From the NCBI GenBank assembly GCA_002796125.1, contig PCWA01000109.1, positions 1,347 to 65,346 of the forward strand: a DNA stretch of 64,000 bases. The letters are read 5' to 3'. The stretch is from Candidatus Ghiorseimicrobium undicola. Its GTDB lineage: Bacteria; Omnitrophota; Gorgyraeia; Ghiorseimicrobiales; Ghiorseimicrobiaceae. Made by a program: the position numbers and the translations under genes. This document shows, one piece after another, positions 58,207 to 64,000 of the stretch. Below the pieces are notes generated by a model, which had not been told where the DNA came from, did no database searches, and saw only the letters and a list, made by a program, of their open reading frames with translations. Positions within the stretch are counted from its first letter, which is position 1. Every line of letters starts with the position of its first letter.

Positions 58207-60297
58207 TTATCTTGCTCCGGCTTTTACCGCAGCCCCCTGCATTACAATCTTTTGTGATATATGTGAAGGCACCTCTGCGTAATACGAGGGCTCCATCGTA
58301 TAGGAAGCTCTACCCTGGGTGATAGACCTAAGGGTAGTAGCATAACCAAACATTTCCGCCAAAGGCACATTTCCTCTTAATACGCGCACGTTACCGCGCT
58401 TACCAACAGAAAGAATCTTTCCTCGTTTCGATGTTAAATCACCAATTACTGTTCCCATGAATTCATCGGGCACTACAATCTCAATATCCATTATCGGCTC
58501 AAGCAATACAGCTCCCCCCTTACGCAAGCCATCGGAAAGCGCGATACCGGCTGCCATCTGAAAGGCTAGTTCCGATGAATCAACATCGTGATAAGAACCG
58601 TCTACTAAAGTTACAACCGCATCTATGACAGGATATCCTGCCAATACTCCGTTTTTAGCCGCGGCCAGCACGCCCTTTTTTACCGCCGGGATAAATTCTC
58701 TTGGTATTGAACCACCCCTTATCTTGTCGATAAATTCTATTCCCTTGGTAGACTCCTCAGAAGGGGCCATTTCAAAAACAACATGCCCATATTGGCCTCT
58801 GCCGCCTGACTGCTGGACAAACTTACCTACGCTTGTAACTTTTTTTGTAAGTGTTTCTTTATAAGCAACCTGGGGACGCCCGATATTGGCATCAACTTTA
58901 AACTCGCGCGAAATCCTGTCTATTATAATATCCAAATGAAGCTGGCCCATTCCTGAAATAATATTTTCGCCTGTTTCAGAATCATATTTTACCTTAAAAG
59001 ACGGATCTTCATCTTCAAGCTTTTTTAAAGCTAAGGCTAGTTTTTCCTGATCCGCTTTTGTCTTTGGCTCAATAGCCTGTGAAATAACCGGTTCCGGAAA
59101 TTTCATCGGCTCAAGTATGATAAAATTATTCTCGTCACAGATAGTATCTCCCGTCTTGGTATCCTTTAAGCCAACCAAAGCGGCTATATCTCCGCAAGAA
59201 ACATCCGAAACTATCTCCTGCTTATTGGCATGCATCTGGACAATTTTTGCTATCCTTTCCTTTTGGCGGCGAGTCGCATTATAAGCGTATGTTCCGGAAG
59301 AAAGTTTGCCCGAATAAACCCTGATATAACTTAATTTCCCAACATATGGGTCAGTGGCAACCTTAAAACATAACGCGCAGAAAGGAGCTTCTTCAGAAAC
59401 GCTTATCTCTTCATATTCTTCCTTGGCATTCATGCCTTTAACGCTGGCTACATCTTTTGGAGAAGGAAGATAATCACATACCGCATCCAATAAAGGCTGC
59501 ACGCCTTTATTCTTAAACGAAGACCCGCAAAAAACAGGTACAAAATGCCCTGTTACTACTGCCTGCCGGATAGAGTTGCGTATTTCAGAAACCGCTATCG
59601 GTTGATTGTGTAAAAATTTATCCATAATATAATCATTGGCATCTGATAATCTTTCCAGCATGGCTTCGCGGGCTTTTTCCGCTTTATCTTTATAATCAGC
59701 AGGAATATCAACAATTTCAAAAGTTTTACCCGCTTCATCACTGAACAAATAAAGTTTTTGGTCTATTAAATCTATCATCCCATTGAAATCATCTTCGGAC
59801 CCGTAGGGAATCTGAACTGCTGCCGCATTAGCACCTAATCTCTCATGCATCTGCTTTAAAACTTCGTCAAAATCAGCGCCTACCCTGTCCATCTTATTCA
59901 CGTAGGCAATGCGCGGAACCCCATACCTATCAGCCTGCCGCCATACGGTCTCAGATTGCGGCTCAACTCCGCCCACACCGCAAAATACCACTACCGCGCC
60001 GTCAAGAATTTTAAGAGAACGCTCTACCTCAACGGTAAAATCCACATGGCCGGGAGTATCTATTATGTTTATACGGCAATCGCGCCATGCACAAGTTGTT
60101 GCCGCTGCTGTTATGGTTATGCCTCTTTCCTGCTCTTGAGCCATCCAGTCCATCGTAGCCGTTCCCTCATGAACCTCGCCAAGCTTATGAGTCCTGCCGG
60201 TATAAAATAACACACGCTCGGTAGTGGTGGTTTTACCCGCATCGATGTGCGCGATTATTCCTATATTTCTAATTTTATCTAACGGTGTTTTCTTCAT
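58207..60297 (-). CDS. fusA: Elongation factor G
   Basis: [33 protein letters not shown]. Confidence 0.99.
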   Translation of the reverse strand: MKKTPLDKIRNIGIIAHIDAGKTTTTERVLFYTGRTHKLGEVHEGTATMDWMAQEQERGITITAAATTCAWRDCRINIIDTPGHVDFTVEVERSLKILDGAVVVFCGVGGVEPQSETVWRQADRYGVPRIAYVNKMDRVGADFDEVLKQMHERLGANAAAVQIPYGSEDDFNGMIDLIDQKLYLFSDEAGKTFEIVDIPADYKDKAEKAREAMLERLSDANDYIMDKFLHNQPIAVSEIRNSIRQAVVTGHFVPVFCGSSFKNKGVQPLLDAVCDYLPSPKDVASVKGMNAKEEYEEISVSEEAPFCALCFKVATDPYVGKLSYIRVYSGKLSSGTYAYNATRRQKERIAKIVQMHANKQEIVSDVSCGDIAALVGLKDTKTGDTICDENNFIILEPMKFPEPVISQAIEPKTKADQEKLALALKKLEDEDPSFKVKYDSETGENIISGMGQLHLDIIIDRISREFKVDANIGRPQVAYKETLTKKVTSVGKFVQQSGGRGQYGHVVFEMAPSEESTKGIEFIDKIRGGSIPREFIPAVKKGVLAAAKNGVLAGYPVIDAVVTLVDGSYHDVDSSELAFQMAAGIALSDGLRKGGAVLLEPIMDIEIVVPDEFMGTVIGDLTSKRGKILSVGKRGNVRVLRGNVPLAEMFGYATTLRSITQGRASYTMEPSYYAEVPSHISQKIVMQGAAVKAGAR

Positions 60298-60341
60298 AAT
60301 AAATTATAGTTTTTCGCAACCTATTAACTATAAACGTACTT

Positions 60342-60812
60342 TTACCATCTAAAATGCGCAAAGGCCTTATTGGCTTCGGCCATTTTATGCGTATCGTCGC
60401 GTTTTTTTATGCAGGCACCCTCGCCTTTATAGGCAGAAAAAATTTCATCGGCTAATTTTTCCAGCATTGGTTTGCCTTTTTTACCATCGGCAAAATCTCT
60501 TATCCAGCGAAGGGCGATAGAAACCCCGCGGTCATGCTTTACCTCTATCGGCACCTGATATGTAGCGCCACCCACACGCCTTGGCTTCACTTCCAGTCTC
60601 GGGCGCGCATTATCCAAAGCCTTATAGAAAACTTTTAAAGCATCAGGTTCATTAGTTTTGTCTTTTAGCTTTTCAAATGCACCGTAAACAATCTTTTCCG
60701 CCATGGACTTTTTGCCTTTTGACATAACCATGTTTATAAATTTTGCCACGACCTTGCTGTTAAACTTGGCGTCCGGTTTAAGCTCTCTTCTTTTTTTATT
60801 TCCTCGTCTCAT
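60342..60812 (-). CDS. rpsG: 30S ribosomal protein S7
   Basis: RRVGGATYQVP, HKMAEANKAFAH. Confidence 0.98.
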   Translation of the reverse strand: MRRGNKKRRELKPDAKFNSKVVAKFINMVMSKGKKSMAEKIVYGAFEKLKDKTNEPDALKVFYKALDNARPRLEVKPRRVGGATYQVPIEVKHDRGVSIALRWIRDFADGKKGKPMLEKLADEIFSAYKGEGACIKKRDDTHKMAEANKAFAHFRW

Positions 60813-60904
60813 GTTTTCTTTGCTCCGTGCTGCCTATAAGTAAAATTTAATGAATTTATAATTATATAGTAGAAATTAAAAAATTACAACCTTTATTTAA
60901 AAAT

Positions 60905-61276
60905 TTATTTGCTTCTCTTTGTTCCGTATTTGGAACGGCTGCGCTTTCTATTGGCAACCCCCGCCGTATCTAATGTTCCCCTGACTATATGATAGCGGAC
61001 GCCGGGCAAATCCTTAACTCTGCCGCCACGCACCAACACTATAGAATGCTCCTGAAGATTATGCCCCTCGCCTGGAATATAAGAAGTGACTTCCAGGCCG
61101 GTCGTAAGCCTGACACGAGCGATTTTTCTTAAAGCAGAATTAGGCTTTTTGGGAGTCATTGTCCTTACCTGAACACATACGCCTCGTCTCTGCGGGCATC
61201 TCTTCAAAGCCGGAGATTTTGATTTTTTATTCTTTCGTTCTCTTCCTTTTCTAATTAATTGCGATATAGTTGGCAT
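60905..61276 (-). CDS. rpsL: 30S ribosomal protein S12
   Basis: [26 protein letters not shown]. Start ATG 61276. Confidence 0.98.
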   Translation of the reverse strand: MPTISQLIRKGRERKNKKSKSPALKRCPQRRGVCVQVRTMTPKKPNSALRKIARVRLTTGLEVTSYIPGEGHNLQEHSIVLVRGGRVKDLPGVRYHIVRGTLDTAGVANRKRSRSKYGTKRSK

Positions 61277-61277
61277 A

Positions 61278-64000
61278 TTATTTTGTCTCTTTGTTTGCAC
61301 CTGGCTCTTCAATATTTTTTACGATATCGATATTTTGGTGGCTATGGAAACTTGTCCCCGCCGGTATTAAGTGCCCGACAATAACATTTTCCTTAAGGCC
61401 AAACAGCTCGTCGCTTTTACCAGCTGCCGCGGCTTCGGTAAGAATCTTGGTTGTCTCCTGGAAACTGGCCGCAGATATAAAACTTTCGGTGCTGAGCGAG
61501 GCCTTAGTGATTCCCAATAAGATCGGCGTAGCGGAAGCGGCTTTGCCTTTTTTCTTCATTACTCTCTCATTTTCGTCGCGAAATGCCCATTTATCAACCT
61601 GTTGATTGGTTAAAAATACGGTATCGCCCGGTTCATCAATTTTTACTTTTTTAAGCATCTGGCGTATAATTAACTCTATGTGCTTATCGTTAATTCGCAC
61701 ACCCTGCAGACGGTAGATTTCCTGCACCTCATTAACCAAATATTCTTGTAAAACTTTATCTCCGCAAACACGTAAGATATCCTGAAGGACCACAGGGCCA
61801 TCAGTTAATTGCTGGCCGGCGTTAACTTTATCCCCTTTATATATATTTGGATGCTTACCGTGGGGAATGGCATATTCCCTTTTCATGCCCGTGGGGCTTT
61901 TTACAATGATCGCGCGCTGTCCTTTTTTCGATTCTCCAAATTCCACAAAACCGTCTAACTCGGAAATTAAAGCTGGGTCTTTCGGCCGCCTGGCTTCGAA
62001 TAATTCAGCTACCCGTGGTAAACCGCCTGTTATATCGCGGGTCTTCCCAACCACGCGCGGAATCTTAGCCAAGAGATCGCCTGCTTCAACCTTATTTCCA
62101 TCCTCAACCAATATATGCGCACCTATAGGAATAGAATAAATCCCGGCAACCTCGCCTTTATTATCTAAAATCAAAATATGAGGATGATACTCGGCTTTAT
62201 GCTCAACAATAACCCTTTCCACTAATTTTGTGGCAGGATTGAGCTCTTTGCGCATAGTGATATTTTCTTTAATGTCTTCGAATTTTACAACACCGGCGAC
62301 TTCCGTTAAGGTAGGAATATTATAAGGGTCCCAGCGAATAAAAACGGAATCTTTATTGACGGTTTTACCGTCAGGAATATATATAACAGCACCCTGCGGA
62401 ACGGGATAGCGTTCGAATTCCCGCCCTTCTTCATCATTTATGCTTATGGCGCCGTTTCTATTTAAAACAATAAACTCTTTTGACTTGTCTACAACTTTTA
62501 GGTTATGATACTTAATAAAACCTTTATTTTTGGCCTTAAGATAAGATTGCTCAACAATACGGCTTGCCGTGCCTCCTATATGGAAAGTTCTCATAGTAAG
62601 CTGCGTTCCTGGTTCACCTATCGATTGTGCCGCGATAATCCCGACAGCTTCTCCTGCTTCGACTATTCTTCCTGTAGCTAAATTTCTACCATAACACTTG
62701 GCACAGACTCCTCTAGCTGTTTCGCAGGTCAAAACGCTTCTAATGCGTATTTTTTCGATACCCAGCATCTCTATCCTATCTGCCTTTTCTTCGGTAATCT
62801 CCTGCCCTGCTTCAACTATAATGTCATCGGTAATAATATCGACAATATTATCCAGGGCTATCCTGCCCACAATCCTATCTTTTAAGCTTACGACCACCTC
62901 ATCGCCTTCGATAATTGCGCTCAAGGTGATGCCGTTTAAAGTACCGCAATCGTCATCGATGATTATAACTTCCTGTGCTACATCTACCAGCCTGCGCGTA
63001 AGATAACCGGCGTCCGCTGTTTTCAACGCGGTGTCAGCTAACCCTTTTCTAGCGCCATGCGTCGATATAAAATACTCCAGAACGGTCAATCCTTCTCTAA
63101 AATTTGCCGTTATCGGGCTTTCAATAATCTCACCCGAGGGCTTGGCCATTAAACCGCGCATTCCGGCGAGCTGGCGTATCTGTAACCTGGATCCGCGCGC
63201 GCCAGAGTCAGCCATCAGAAATATCGGGTTAAAACTATCCATTTCCGTGAAAACTAAATCTGAAATCTTGTCAGTCGTATGCGTCCAGATATCGATTATC
63301 TTATTATAACGTTCCCTGTTTGTAATTATACCCTTACGGTACTGATCATCAACCTTTGCCACTTCCTGTTTTGCTTCGGCCAAAACAGCCTTTTTCTGTT
63401 TTGGTATCTTTAAATCATCAATGGATATGGAAAGGCCGGCAATAGTCGCGTATTCGAATCCCAACTGTTTTAAATCATCAAGAAGTTTTATTGTTACATT
63501 ATGGCCAAAACGCTTAAATGAAATAGAAACTACATCGCCTACGCTTTTCTTACCCATATTAAGGTTGACAAAGCCGAATCCTTTCGGCAGAGACAAATTA
63601 AATATTACGCGGCCCACGGTTGTATCAATAAATTTTCTTTCGTTTATAAGTTTATTTTCTCCCATGTCGAAGACTTCATCTATTCTTACTTTAATCTTAG
63701 ACTGTAAATCAATAACATTATCGTTATAAGCCATTACCGCCTCTTCGCAATCAGCGAATATCTTGCCTTCACCTTTGGCCTGCGCTTTTTCCCGCGTCAA
63801 ATAGGCAATTCCCAAAATTATATCTTGCGTAGGTGTTATGATCGGGCGGCCGTCAGCAGGAGAAAAAATATTATTTACGGACAGCATCAATATACGGCTC
63901 TCTATCTGTGACTCCAATGAAAGCGGCACATGTACCGCCATTTGGTCTCCGTCAAAATCGGCATTGAATGCAGTACATACCAAAGGATGGATTTTTATCG
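61278..64000 (-). CDS. rpoC: RNA polymerase beta-prime subunit (3' part; 5' end outside window)
   Basis: NADFDGD catalytic motif, [18 protein letters not shown]3 insertion, [16 protein letters not shown]. Confidence 0.99.
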   Translation of the reverse strand, partial: IKIHPLVCTAFNADFDGDQMAVHVPLSLESQIESRILMLSVNNIFSPADGRPIITPTQDIILGIAYLTREKAQAKGEGKIFADCEEAVMAYNDNVIDLQSKIKVRIDEVFDMGENKLINERKFIDTTVGRVIFNLSLPKGFGFVNLNMGKKSVGDVVSISFKRFGHNVTIKLLDDLKQLGFEYATIAGLSISIDDLKIPKQKKAVLAEAKQEVAKVDDQYRKGIITNRERYNKIIDIWTHTTDKISDLVFTEMDSFNPIFLMADSGARGSRLQIRQLAGMRGLMAKPSGEIIESPITANFREGLTVLEYFISTHGARKGLADTALKTADAGYLTRRLVDVAQEVIIIDDDCGTLNGITLSAIIEGDEVVVSLKDRIVGRIALDNIVDIITDDIIVEAGQEITEEKADRIEMLGIEKIRIRSVLTCETARGVCAKCYGRNLATGRIVEAGEAVGIIAAQSIGEPGTQLTMRTFHIGGTASRIVEQSYLKAKNKGFIKYHNLKVVDKSKEFIVLNRNGAISINDEEGREFERYPVPQGAVIYIPDGKTVNKDSVFIRWDPYNIPTLTEVAGVVKFEDIKENITMRKELNPATKLVERVIVEHKAEYHPHILILDNKGEVAGIYSIPIGAHILVEDGNKVEAGDLLAKIPRVVGKTRDITGGLPRVAELFEARRPKDPALISELDGFVEFGESKKGQRAIIVKSPTGMKREYAIPHGKHPNIYKGDKVNAGQQLTDGPVVLQDILRVCGDKVLQEYLVNEVQEIYRLQGVRINDKHIELIIRQMLKKVKIDEPGDTVFLTNQQVDKWAFRDENERVMKKKGKAASATPILLGITKASLSTESFISAASFQETTKILTEAAAAGKSDELFGLKENVIVGHLIPAGTSFHSHQNIDIVKNIEEPGANKETK

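Noticed and set aside
58355-58366. CCGCCAAAGGC in fusA resembling the mini-hairpin
   Set aside because: Incomplete stem, and it encodes the conserved VPLAEM motif of EF-G.
933-63729. Numerous + strand ORFs of 60-177 aa
   Set aside because: Antisense shadows of well-supported minus-strand genes. Only the IS256 transposase is a credible + strand CDS.
1-64000. tRNA, rRNA or defence-system genes
   Set aside because: None recognised by eye; no covariance search was run, so small RNAs could be missed.

Overview
A 64-kb core-genome segment of an AT-rich bacterium. Gene order and the absence of rpmD suggest a PVC-superphylum organism such as Ca. Omnitrophota (inference). Nearly all genes lie on the minus strand. 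In transcription order (right to left): the 3' part of rpoC; the str/S10/spc/alpha ribosomal superoperon; an aspartate aminotransferase; leuC-pilT-leuD; a BirA-box-controlled bioBFHCDA operon; an intact IS256; a PAS/GGDEF/HD-GYP protein; CIRCE-hrcA-grpE-dnaK-dnaJ; accD; an MsmX-like ATPase with two diguanylate cyclases; trxA; split Pta/AckA; panD, def, lipA, trxB, pckG, hflX and pilM/pilN. The proteins are mostly ordinary, and the novelty is in the intergenic DNA. (1) A family of at least 6 modular, covarying hairpin elements ends 0-9 nt upstream of start codons (adk, rplF, rplV, rpsJ, pilT, bioC). They fold best on the template (antisense) strand, using tandem G.A mismatches and GNA/AAA triloops typical of ssDNA structures. 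(2) An IS256 and a 235-bp MITE with matching ends have both inserted exactly 16 bp upstream of a sigma70 -35 box, and the MITE carries cargo with the same tandem-GA fold. (3) Also present are a second MITE pair, heptamer-periodic inverted arrays, and a promoter-sORF-terminator leader in front of the c-di-GMP enzyme. Everything here was read by eye; no searches or folding programs were run.
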